Source: Mytilus trossulus | Lineage: Eukaryota | Length of the DNA stretch: 64,000 nt | Assembly: GCF_036588685.1 (NCBI RefSeq) | Contig: NW_026963340.1 | Coordinates: 2,790,001 to 2,854,000 of the forward strand | Direction: 5' to 3' | Part shown: positions 24,692-36,600 of the stretch, in pieces | How positions within the stretch are numbered: position 1 is the first letter of the stretch | Layout of the letters: each line of letters opens with the position of its first letter | Position numbers and translations under genes: made by a program | The notes under the pieces: generated by a model | Databases searched by the model: none | What the model was told of the DNA's origin: nothing | What the model saw: the letters and a program-made list of their open reading frames with translations, nothing else

Positions 24692-27600
24692 ATGGCCTCG
24701 TACGCTTCTTCCAGGGACGAAAACAATTCAGATTTTGAAGAGGTTGACAGCTTTGACTGCGATGATATGGAAGCACAAGCAACTGATGAAGGTAAATATT
24801 CAATCTGCTCAATATTTTATTATTCTTTGTGTGGATGCAAAAGATGTTTAGTGGCAGGACTCCGACACTCGACCCTGATGAGAAAGGTACTTTTTTTTAA
24901 GCATTGTGGCTGTGTGTGTACAAATGTACCAATGAGTTTTATACAAAAGTGACGTAAATTTACCAGTGTGATTCAAATTACAGAGAGATTATAGTGTCAA
25001 GTTGACACTTCTAAAGACTAAAGACTGTGTGCTGTTATAGTTTATGCTGTTGTTGTGCCGATATGGTACAAATAAGTAAAGTGTATGTGTAATAAACAGA
25101 ATACCTTTAATATCTGTAGATCGCTGTAATCTGATGAATATATAAGTCAGCAGACAGCAATAATATAATAATACATGTGTTCAATCTAGTAAGCGGAAGT
25201 AGAAGGGAAGTCTCCCTGTGACGTCACTCAGCTGCAGAGGGTAGCATGCAGTAGAATGTGGACTGGTTCTTCCTACACACACTAGCGGCACCACATCCGC
25301 CCCATTCTTGTAGAACCAGGCACATTCTCAAACTATAAAAGAAACTCAAATGCAAGATAAAATAAGGGTAATACAAAACATTAATAAAACTATACATATA
25401 TATATACACTTATGCAGTTATCAACACATCCTTGGTGATAACAAATATTTACATTACTAATTCAATAAACAATGTTAAGTTTCACGAGCTAACGGGGCCT
25501 AGGGCCCCAGCTAGCTGAATCTTGTCGCAGCTTTGGGATGCCATAGAATTTTAGGGCATTGTCATTTGTCGTCCAGTTTAGGATAGAAAGTGGGACGTTG
25601 CGTCTCTCACTAACAGCTACCGCCACTTCCCGTAAGTTCCATGGATGGTTGACAGCACAGCACGACCATGGCGTCAGAAATGGGGAGTCTGTCTCAAGGA
25701 CCAGCTGGTGTGGCAAGATTCTGGATATGGCATCTGTGTTGCAAGCATTGCTTGCATCTTTAATAAACTTGCCAGTGATGCCAAATACTACGCGAGGCAG
25801 GCTTTGCCACTGCCTCAACTCCTCCACATTCCCAGCAAAACAATGGCGATGGTAACATAGGTCAGGGAAATTTTCAGTTATCAATTTCAGCACACGGGCT
25901 GCTGCTTCTCCAGTGCCCTCATCACGGCAGTGTAATATGACAGGCAGTTTCATCCGTTGTGCCATCTCCAGCATCTGCATGAATGCCTGCTCCTGGCATT
26001 CCCTCATCCGCTGCCTGCACTGTTGTGGAGTTCTGCACCTCTTGCAGTCACAGCGTGTTGTGAAATCTAGGCCAATCTCACCAACAGCAACACATTTGTG
26101 ATTACCAAGCAGGAACTCTAGTTCTTCCAGCTGCTTTTGGGTGACCCCCTTTGCTGCAACATGTGGATGAATCCCAAATGAAACATATACAGCTTGGGCA
26201 GGTCCTACCTGTAGAGCCCAATCATTCCAATGGTCAGGGAACACATAATTGGCAATCCCATAGTAAAATGAGTTGTTGTGTTCCTTTGGAGATATTGCTG
26301 ACTTCATATGCAGGAAAGTCCTAAAATGAAGTCGTTTCAGAACCAAATCCAAGTGAAAATGGCTATCCACAAAAACGAACGGCTCTGGCAGTGGTGGCAC
26401 AATGTCCAATATGGGGCTGCCCTCGTATGTGAGAATCTCCACAGGTGACATCAGAGACTGCTGTTGCGCTGAGCCCACTCGTCGTAGTAAGCTTGCCATG
26501 ATCTCCCAATTTGTAAGGCTAATGACGTGATTTGGAGGGTTGGCGGTGATATGTACCAGACAGTCAGGACTATAGTTCTGTGCATAGTACACCAAGAGTT
26601 GCTGTTCCTGATCATTGAAACCGCTATTAACACCTTCATACAACTGTCTGTCAATGACGTACTGCAGTAGATCTTCGAGATTGGCACAACCGAACCAAGA
26701 TTTTATACGATGGAGGCAGCCGGTCACCAGTTGACACCATAGGTGAAGATGTTCCTCATCAAAGAAACATCCAAGTCTGTGCTCTTCTGTGTGCCGTAGC
26801 GCTAAGGAGGACGCCTGTACCTCTTGTCGACTACACTCCCAACAGGCAGTGGACCCAGACCAAAACCATGGCAGGTGTGTCTTCATCATGTGACGACGTG
26901 TCTTTTCCCTGGACATTATTCCACAGACAGGGCACTTCCGTAGTCTATTTTTGGAAGGCACTACTACTCTTCCTTCTGATTGGCTTTCATTTGTCTCACC
27001 TGATTCTCCCTCCTGACAAGGCTGACTAGAAAAACTCATCTGTGACATACCTGTCATGCTACTGTGTGCTTCAACAGGGCCTAGGGCCCCAGGAGAAGTA
27101 CCAGCACCTGCATCACTGTCATCAGGACCCACTTCATCAATTACCATCAAGTCCGCCACATCAAGATCTGTACAGTCGGACCGGGTATCATGCCACTCAC
27201 TGTGCGGACTAAGCGATAAAACATCTTGGTCTGAACGAGACCCTTCTTCCATTCTGGAACAAGAAGAAATGAAAACATATCATGAGTATTAAAAACATAC
27301 ATATATTTTAGAAATAATGTTATCAGCACTAATTGAAATATACAAGAGATATATACATATATACAGTCGTGAAGCTCCCACACAATACCTATTTTGTTTG
27401 GTACCGTGTTGGGCATCTGATTGGTCTACCGTATCTGGATGTTTGCACTGAGGACAGAGAGGCCGAGGGCCTCGTCTCGCCATCTGTGCCACTGACTCCA
27501 GTATCAACATTGTCCTCATTGGCATCGTTACCCAGACTTGAATTTTCCCCAAGGTCTAAATCGGGTCCCTGTTCCAGTTCTGATGTGATTGGGATATGGG

Positions 27601-30600
27601 CAAAGGAAGGGTCACCTAAAGACTGAAGTGCTGTATCATTGTCAAGCAATTGGGTATCCGATTCAAACATGCTTTGGACATTAAAGTCCACACCATAGGG
27701 AATGGTATCGTCAAGATTATCCCAGCTCTCATCGAAATCGCCTTCTTCCCTGAACATTGCATGTCTTAGTCTCTTGATCCAGGTGGGAATATCCCTATCA
27801 TTGCAACGCTTCAGTTTGTCATGATGTACCGTAGAATCTCGTTTACGTCCCCTGATAGTATACAATGGAGGTCTGCTTGATATGACCAGAAAAGGTCCAC
27901 ACCATGGCGATTTCAGCTTTCGACTCTGTCCGACTTTAGTGGTGGAGTCTGCCTTATAGACTAAATCACCGGGGTTGTATTTATGTTCGACTACTCTGAG
28001 GTCATAATCCCTCTTTTGCCGCAGCTGCGAAGCACGGAGATTATGTCTTGCAAATTCATGTGTTTTCTGCATCCGACTTACTAACTTTTGTACATAGGTG
28101 CTAGGAGTCATCTTGTTCTGGCCATATTGAGGTATTCCGAGGAGAAGTTGAATTGGTTGAATGGTCTCTCTCCCTAACATCATCTGATTCGGGGTAAATC
28201 CAGTTTGTCTATTGACCATCGAGTGCATTGCCATCGCCAGAAAGGGCAAATCTCTATCCCAGTGTCGACATTTTTTCTCGATAAAACACCTTATCATTGC
28301 TAAAACAATTGTGTTGTACCTTTCCACTTGCCCATTCGATGAAGGGTGATACGGGGTTGTCCTCGTTTTTGCAATTTCCAATGCCTCGCATAACGTCTTA
28401 AACAGATCACTGTCGAAATTCCGTCCTTGGTCTGTGTGGACCTCTAATGGACACCCAAACGTGACAATAAAATGTACAATAAACTTCTCAGCGACCATCT
28501 GGGCTGTTTGCGCAGGTAAAGACGCCATTTCGACCCATTTAGTAAACTGGTCCACCATCATTAGAACATAGTTGTTACCGCTCTTACTGGTGTTAAATGG
28601 TCCAAGTATGTCAATATGGACTCTCTCCATCGGATAGCCAGCATGGAACTGTCCCAGCGGAGCTCTTGGGTTAACATGAGCCTTTTTATTCTGGTTACAC
28701 ATGGCACAAGTACTAACATAGTCCTCACAATCCTTTCGCATATTGTACCACAAGAATGACTGTTTTAATTTTTCAAGTGTTTTTTTCTGACCCAAGTGTC
28801 CCGAAACTTTAGTGTCATGACAGTTTCGCAGCACCTCTTCTTTCAATGCTGTTGGCACAACTAAACAAAGTCCTTGGCGCTCTGGACAACCTATAAATTG
28901 GTAGTAGAGTACATCGTTAAACATAAGGAAACAAGGTCTACATAACCATAGAGATCTGGTAGCCTTTCCTCGCAAACGGAGTTCAGCTTGTGTAGGATCA
29001 GCATCTTGTTGCATCCAAGTCAATATTGGAGCTAAATCGGGATCTTCTTGCTGAAATATCTTTAACTGTTCCGGGGGGTACTCAGGTGCCCAATTACTAC
29101 ACGGATTTCCATCAGCATACGGTAAAGTGTCGTCTAGACTTGATGATGGGTGCGCTTCGCAATCCACTGCCAGAGCCGGGGGCTCTTGGTCAGGGGATTT
29201 GTCCTTTTCATTTTCAGGGACAACAGAAACAGTACGTACTGCTGCCATAAGAGACTTTGTTGCCAGTGGAATCACATCATCTACATCGTTACCAAACCTG
29301 CTCCATTGGTCATGAGCTCGCATGCAATATCGGCAGCCGTGGCATGGCAGTGTTGTAGGATCAAGTCCTGCCTGATAGCAATCACATTCAGTAACATCGT
29401 CTCGGATGCGGCTTAGGCCATCAGCGTTTAGATGTTTCTTTCCTGGTCGATGTATTATCTCCATATCAAAAGATGACAGCTCTTCTAGCCATCGTGCAAG
29501 CTGCCCTTCAATGTGCTTGAACCGCATCAACCATACTAAACTATTGTGATCCGTGCGGAGAATGAAGCGCCTACCAAGCAAATAATGGCGGAAATGCCGA
29601 CAAAATTTTACCACAGCTAATAACTCTTTCCTGGTGGTGCAGTAACGACGCTGAGGCTTCATCAGAACATGGCTGGCATAACATATAACCCGTTCTTTAC
29701 CATCTTGTATTTGCGATAACACCGCGCCTATAGTTGTATCGGACGCATCGGTGTCTAATATGAACTGGTCATTGGGATTAGGATACGTCAAGCAAGGTGC
29801 ACTTATTAACGCCGTTTTTGACTGTTGGAACGCCTTTTCGTGACACTGTTGCCATTCAGCTTCTCCTGTCTGGTGAGCAAGGTCGTATAGACATGCAGTC
29901 ATTTCTGCATAGTTGTGCAGGTGATCCCGGTGGTAATTGACAAACCCTAGGTATGACATGAGTTCTTTCTTTGACTTGGGAGTTGGCCACTTTTTCACTG
30001 CTTCTATCTTAGATGGAGAAACGGAGATGCCATTAGCACTCACCAGTTTTCCTAAAAACTCAACTTCAGGCTGAAACAGTTGACACTTCTTTGGTTTCAG
30101 CTTCAGGGTATACTGTCTAAATCTTTCAAATGCAGCCCTCAAATTAACGAGACCATCCTCGAAGTTGCGACCGAGAACCACGACATCATCAAGATAAACT
30201 AACACCTGTGTCCAAGTAAGTCCTCTCAAAACGAGTTGCATGGCCCGCTGAAATGTTGCTGGGGCGTTACAAAGGCCCATTCCCATTCTGGTGTGCTCGA
30301 ACAACCCATATCTTGTAATGAACGCCGTTTTCTTTCGGTCTTCTGGCTCAAGCTCAATCTGATAATAGCCACTGGCAAGATCCAATGTACAGAACGTGGT
30401 GGTGCCTTGGAGTGAGTCCAAGCAATCCTCAATAATAGGAATAGGGAAGCAATCTTTTATTGTTCTGTCATTTAAAGCTCTGTAGTCAATGCACCAGCGC
30501 ACGGTTCCATCTTTCTTTCTTACCAGCACTGGAGCTGAGGCCCATTCAGAAGATGATGGCTCAATGACACCTGCTTGTAACATCTTGTCAAGGTGCTGCT

Positions 30601-33600
30601 GTTCGAGATCTTGGAATCCAAGAGGTGTTCTTCGCATCCGGTGTTTAACTGGAGCGTGGTCTTTGGTATCTATTTTATGCCGGACAGCTGTAAGGCATCC
30701 GAGATCTAGGTCGTGCTGTGCAAATACATCCTGGTATTCGATTAATAACTTCTTGAGTTTTAACTTATCATCTTGACTAATTACATGCTTTGTAGAACGT
30801 TCATACAGATCTGTTAAATGGGATGGCAACGTAAACAATTCTTCTTGGCTTAAACCTGGTGCCGTGGGCACCTGGGTTTGTGTTTCTACGATGCCACGAC
30901 GGACATCTGGAGTTCGATTTTCACTTTCTTCCGAAGTCTCCTCCATTATACTGTCAATCTCTTCTAAATGACCTATCGGTGTTCCCTTTTTAATACGTAT
31001 GTAACGATTCCCATCATTCAAAATAGTTACAGGGCAAGATTTGCCTTTTCCGACAACATGCGAAACTAAAACTCCACTGGCAAGAGAGCATGGTTCCAAA
31101 ATAAACTCTTGTTCGGATCCTCTGTGTGTATCTATGCTGAAGATCATCGTTGAATTTGGCGGGACTGTAATTGTACGTTTAATGCAGACTTGTTGAGAAG
31201 CACTATCATCAGATCCAGTAACGAATGAGGCAGGTATAACTCTGTTGTTAACTGTAAGTGATGGAGTGCTGAGGTTGATGACTGCACCAAGCGTATCCAG
31301 AATATCTAGACCTAGAATGACATCATCTGTAAGTGGTGCCCTACACACGTCCCACCTTATTTCTAATCCATCTATATTCAGGAGTGTGTTCCTAATAATC
31401 TTGCCAATGACCAGTTGCTCGCCCAAACCACGTAGCGTCACTGTTTCGGAACATTCTATATTCTCCGGTATTAATTTCTCGTTGACGAGTGTAATCATAG
31501 CTGCTGTATCAACAATCATACTTGCATTTTGTTGAAATACTGTTCCCCGTACTGCCAAACTTTTTCCAATTGTACGTCTTATAACAATATCAGACGAAGC
31601 CGTGGGCCTCGGTTCTGATTTGTCGGGTGGTATTTTCCCTTGGCCATGTGATTTTAGAGTCGAGTGTTGGCCTACCGGCTCGACCCGTTGGCATTTAAAG
31701 ACTCAGTTGTTGGAGTAGAGTTTGGATAAGCTCTGTCGCCAGGTGAAGGGGACCGTTGTTTAAAGTAGCCTTGATTTCTAGAATTTGGTCGTGGTGATGG
31801 CGAACGTTGACGTTGAGGACTAAATGACCTCTGTTGGGGACTATATGACCTTTGTTGAGGACTATATGAACTTTGATTAGGAGGTGGTGTAGGTGATCGA
31901 TACGCATTGTACGTAGGTGGTGTATATCTTTCGGGAGACCTACCACGTGTATGTTGATCAGAAGAAAGCATCACCTCTGTCAATTTGGTCACAAGTTGAG
32001 TCAAGTTCCTTACTTCCTTTTCCAATGGACTATTAACAGTACTAGCACTTTCTGTGTCCTGTGATTTACCAGCGCTATCAGCAAATGAGACCTGTCTGTG
32101 GGCAAAATTTGGACTTCTAGATCCATAAATAGCCTTCTGATTCGCTATGGACGTTTTCATGATTTTCAACGCCTTATTGATGGACTCTGGGTTCCTTTCA
32201 ATCACGTGACGGGCAGCCTCTTTGTCCTTGCAACCTCTGAGGAATGCCTCTGTGCCAATTTGATCAATGACAGAATTGTCACATTTATCATACCCATCCA
32301 TTGCAACAAAATGGACCCGTTCAGCAAACTCCTCCAGTGTTTCACTGTCTTGCTGCCTCACATACTGCAACTGGCGTCTTGCTGATACAGGTTCGTCCTT
32401 TTTGCTGAAACGCTGTTTCAGTGCTTTCCTTAAAGTCTTATAGTCATCATCGATGTTGACCTTTCTTGCATATTCTAAAGCCACATCAGCTAGACAGTCC
32501 AATAGTCGGCAAACTTTCTTCCTATTTTCCCATTGTCTCCTTCCTGCTGTTCTTTCAAACTGATAGATAAAGGCTTCCCACGTAAGAAAACCTCTTCCTG
32601 TGAAAACTTGCATTTTAGGAAGCTGGGGACTTCTACTCCTGTCTCTCGCCCCAGAGTTTTCCTGCCACCTAGAGCACTCCCTATCAAGAGAGGAGTCTGA
32701 CGAAGAGCTGTGGCTTCTTTCCTTTTTCTTTTTAGTGCGTGATCTTGAAGACCTGCTAGTGTCAATTTGCATTGGTGACGGGCCTGTGGATGCTACTGTT
32801 GTCATCACAGGGGTCATAAACGCAGGCGGAGGCTGTTGTATCATTGATCCTATATGAGGGTACAGAGCTGGTCTACTCTGTACTAAGGACGCTGCATATG
32901 ATTCGCTACTTGTAGCTGGTGCAACGTGTAAAGGTGTACTAACATTGATACCCTGTGATACATATGGTGTACCAACATAGGACGGTGCAAAAGTAGCCGT
33001 TGCTGGAGTTGTGTTATGTTGGGGTTTGTATTCAGTGGATACTCCCTCTATGCCTTTGAATGGATGCTGTGTTACCATACCTGAGTTTGTCCCGTGCAGA
33101 GCCGAGGGCCCTGGCACGCTTCCCTTGTCACTCAGTAGTGGCAACGAACCTTGCATATGATAGATCTCCTGGTCACTACCAACACTTTCTGGCATGCCTT
33201 TGCCCTGAATCTGTTGAAACAACAATGTATTGTGCAGAGCCGGGGGCCCTAACACATTACCTTTGTCACTCGATACTGGAGTTGTACCTGCCTTAGATTC
33301 AGGCTGTGTAGTCTCGTCAATTGACATAATTGGCGAGAGACTAAATGCTGGAGGCTTATTTTGCAGTAATGGAGTACTGGCAATATATGGACTAGCTTCA
33401 GATTTCTGTTTAACAGGAGTATCCATAGAAGGGAGCTTGACTTCCTTATTTCTCTTGTTAATCAAATCGCTAACACTTGATGCCATCTGCTGAAATGAAC
33501 CTGGGTGTTCAAATGCACTCTTGAATTGCACGGTACTTGCCTCATCATTAGCAGCAGCCATTTTGTCTAGCCGCCTTCCCAAGGCATTAAACTTATCCGA

Positions 33601-36600
33601 TGTTAACTCTTCTAAACGTTTTCCGTTAGCATCAATCTTCTTGTCAATTCTCTGGTCTGACCGTTGCACTTGTTGGGATATTGCCACGATGTTTTCTGTA
33701 CTGATTTTTGTTGCTTCTTTTTGTTCAGATTGAATATTTAACAAACCATGGAAAATCTGTTCAATGCGATCCTCACTTTGTTTCACTCTGCTTTCAGTCT
33801 CAACAGCTCTTATTGCATTTGCTTTTCTATCCGCCTGAAACTCTTGGTATAGCTGTTCCAATGACATTTTGGTATTTTCAGCTGGTTCTGTCAAAGTAGT
33901 ATCAGCTATATTTTCTTTTGTGAATATGTCATCTTGTATCAACTCCTCTGTTTCAATGTTTTCCTTCAGTTCATTCTCATCCCCAATTCCTGCCATGTTG
34001 TCTTTATTTCAAATTACAATATTCTTAAATATTTCAAATTACAATATTATGCAACTCAAAACAATATTATAATTTGCACTGAGTAATTACTCAAGGCAAA
34101 TAAATCTCAAAATCACAACTTTTATGTGTGACTCAAGACATAAACAATGCAGCTTTTTTATAAAAGCTACTACTTTTACAATTTCAAAAATGCAGGCAAC
34201 AAAATAGGATAGAACTGGAACAGAGACTCAGTTGACACACTGTACTTTATTATACGGTGTATAATATGTTACTCATAAAATATTTATGAGTATATACCCT
34301 CTTTAATATAAAATATCAGTCTAAATTCAGTATAAAAATAATGTACGAAACTAAGTTACTGAAATCGAGACTGTTTCCGGTTTGCGTCTGCGCAATGGAG
34401 TATTGCAGACAAATGACTTCCGTGAAGAAGGACCTAATGGCGATAACCGGAAGTTCCTAACCTTATCTGATGAAAAATATCAAATATGAAGATTTCATAC
34501 GTGATAAACTGTAAAAATTTGATGCAATTTAATCTACTATCAATCTGTAGTAAATTTATGGTAATGCTTACGTAATAAATTTACAAAAAATGAAGCATCA
34601 AAAGTTTTCAAATCTGTAAAGGCGCCCTCGTGGAGTCCGCCTCACTTGCAGAAAATAATTCGTTCTTTGTCGTACGACGCCAATGTTGTGCCGATATGGT
34701 ACAAATAAGTAAAGTGTATGTGTAATAAACAGAATACCTTTAATATCTGTAGATCGCTGTAATCTGATGAATATATAAGTCAGCAGACAGCAATAATATA
34801 ATAATACATGTGTTCAATCTAGTAAGCGGAAGTAGAAGGGAAGTCTCCCTGTGACGTCACTCAGCTGCAGAGGGTAGCATGCAGTAGAATGTGGACTGGT
34901 TCTTCCTACACACACTAGCGGCACCACACTGTGACTTTTATCTCGCTATTGCATTGCATTTGGGAGGTCCTAAACCATCCGAACTCAGCGGCAATATCTG
35001 TGTTCTGTTTGGTTTTGGTTCTTGATTTTAGACGTTTCGGCCATAAATTTCGCGGTAAAGGCAAGAATATCCCAAGGATATATTTTGCTCCGGATAAAAA
35101 AAATAACAAAAACTACTGTGACATTTTTTCCTTCGGATCAAATTTCACCAGGATATAATTTTGCTTTACACCAACACCTGGTATAGTTACTCAAATGTTG
35201 CCAGCTGCCATTACACAGGTACGACAGTGGTTAAGCACAAAAACCATTTAGATAAAAATCACAAGATGAATGATTTGTTTTCATCCTTATCTGTGATTTA
35301 AAAAACAACTTTTATACTGATTTCTTAGTTGTTGTTTTTTATTTATATACATCAAAAACTACCTGAGGGTTACATTAAATATATGTTTATACAATGTAAA
35401 TATAAAAATAACTAAAAGAATGACACTGAAATTAACAAATATAGGCCTAGGTCATCTTTCAGCGTTCAACTTTTTTAAATGAAAACCAATCAAAACATTA
35501 TTAGAATACTATTATTTGAAAACTTTAACAGCAATTCTGCAATTAAGCTCAATATTTTTCCAACTGGTTATATATATTGTTTGTACAGATTTATAACGAT
35601 GTATCTTAAATTTAATTAATTTTTGAAGATATAAATTATAATTTTTGATAAAAAAAAACAATCATTAAATAAAAATTTTAAAAAATATTCTCCCCATACG
35701 GCATACCTTAACTCGGACATTTTTGTCAGAAGGAAAGAAATGAGTAAAAATATAATTAGGTCGTGAATTGACAATGTACATGTACATGTAGGTGTTGATG
35801 AGACCAGGTCCTAAACATGCTAAATTGACCAGGTTCCGATTTTGACTTGTACTGGATAATTTGTTTTTTATAGAACGATCACGTCTATCAATTGACCTGA
35901 GCTTTGCAGGTTACACCAGGGAATTTAATAGCTCAAATATCAGTTTATTATTCAAACCCCATTGGGATCAGTCAAACCATCAAATTACTTGTTATCACCT
36001 TCTAGAACCTTGCATGAAGAGTCTTCCAAAACAGGGGCCTATTAAATGGGTCATCTTGGACAAGAAATTCAATTATTTGCTCTCAATTGAATCATTTACA
36101 GCTTTAATTTCCAAACATAATTTAAACACTCTTCATTCCAGGTTATGTACAAATGTAAAAATGAAAACATGAAATTGAAATTTGAGTTTATTTTCAGCAA
36201 ATATTTCACAATTATGAATTCGAAATTTTGAATATATTTGAAGGAAACTTGTATGTATTAAAAAGAAAACGCTCAATATTAAAATTCAACTGAAAACTTT
36301 GTATGCATAAATTTTATGACCTTTTCTTCCTCAATGCATATATCTGTCACATTTCCAGAGGTTGACAGGTACATAATTAGTCATATAATAAAGTTGGTTT
36401 GCCTTCAGATATTAGTTCTCTCTCGAAATAACATTAAAAGGCAGATTCAGACTGTTACCTTATACTTACATTCTAGCATCAATTGGCATTATGTGGGTCT
36501 CAAAATGTAAGAAAAAAAAAGCCAGTATCAATTTTGATATGACCTTTTTAAGGGCATTTGAAGCCTTCCATGTAAAGAAAAGTAGGTGAAATGGGACAAC

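Larger units (their letters stand above)
25051..34928 (-). mobile_element. Full-length Ty3/Gypsy LTR retrotransposon with gag, pol and an extra TatD-nuclease ORF, in SUDS3 intron 1
   Basis: Two identical 245-bp LTRs with TGT...ACA ends; TSD CTGT (25047-50, 34929-32); PBS, PPT; three uninterrupted ORFs; PR-RT-RH-IN order. Confidence 0.97.

Noticed and set aside
25489-27252. ORF3 as an env gene or as a host TATDN gene
   Set aside because: No signal peptide or TM helix; clear TatD motifs; intronless and enclosed by the LTRs
34271-34291. ACTCATAAA/TTTATGAGT hairpin as a packaging signal
   Set aside because: Short AT-rich inverted repeat with no independent support
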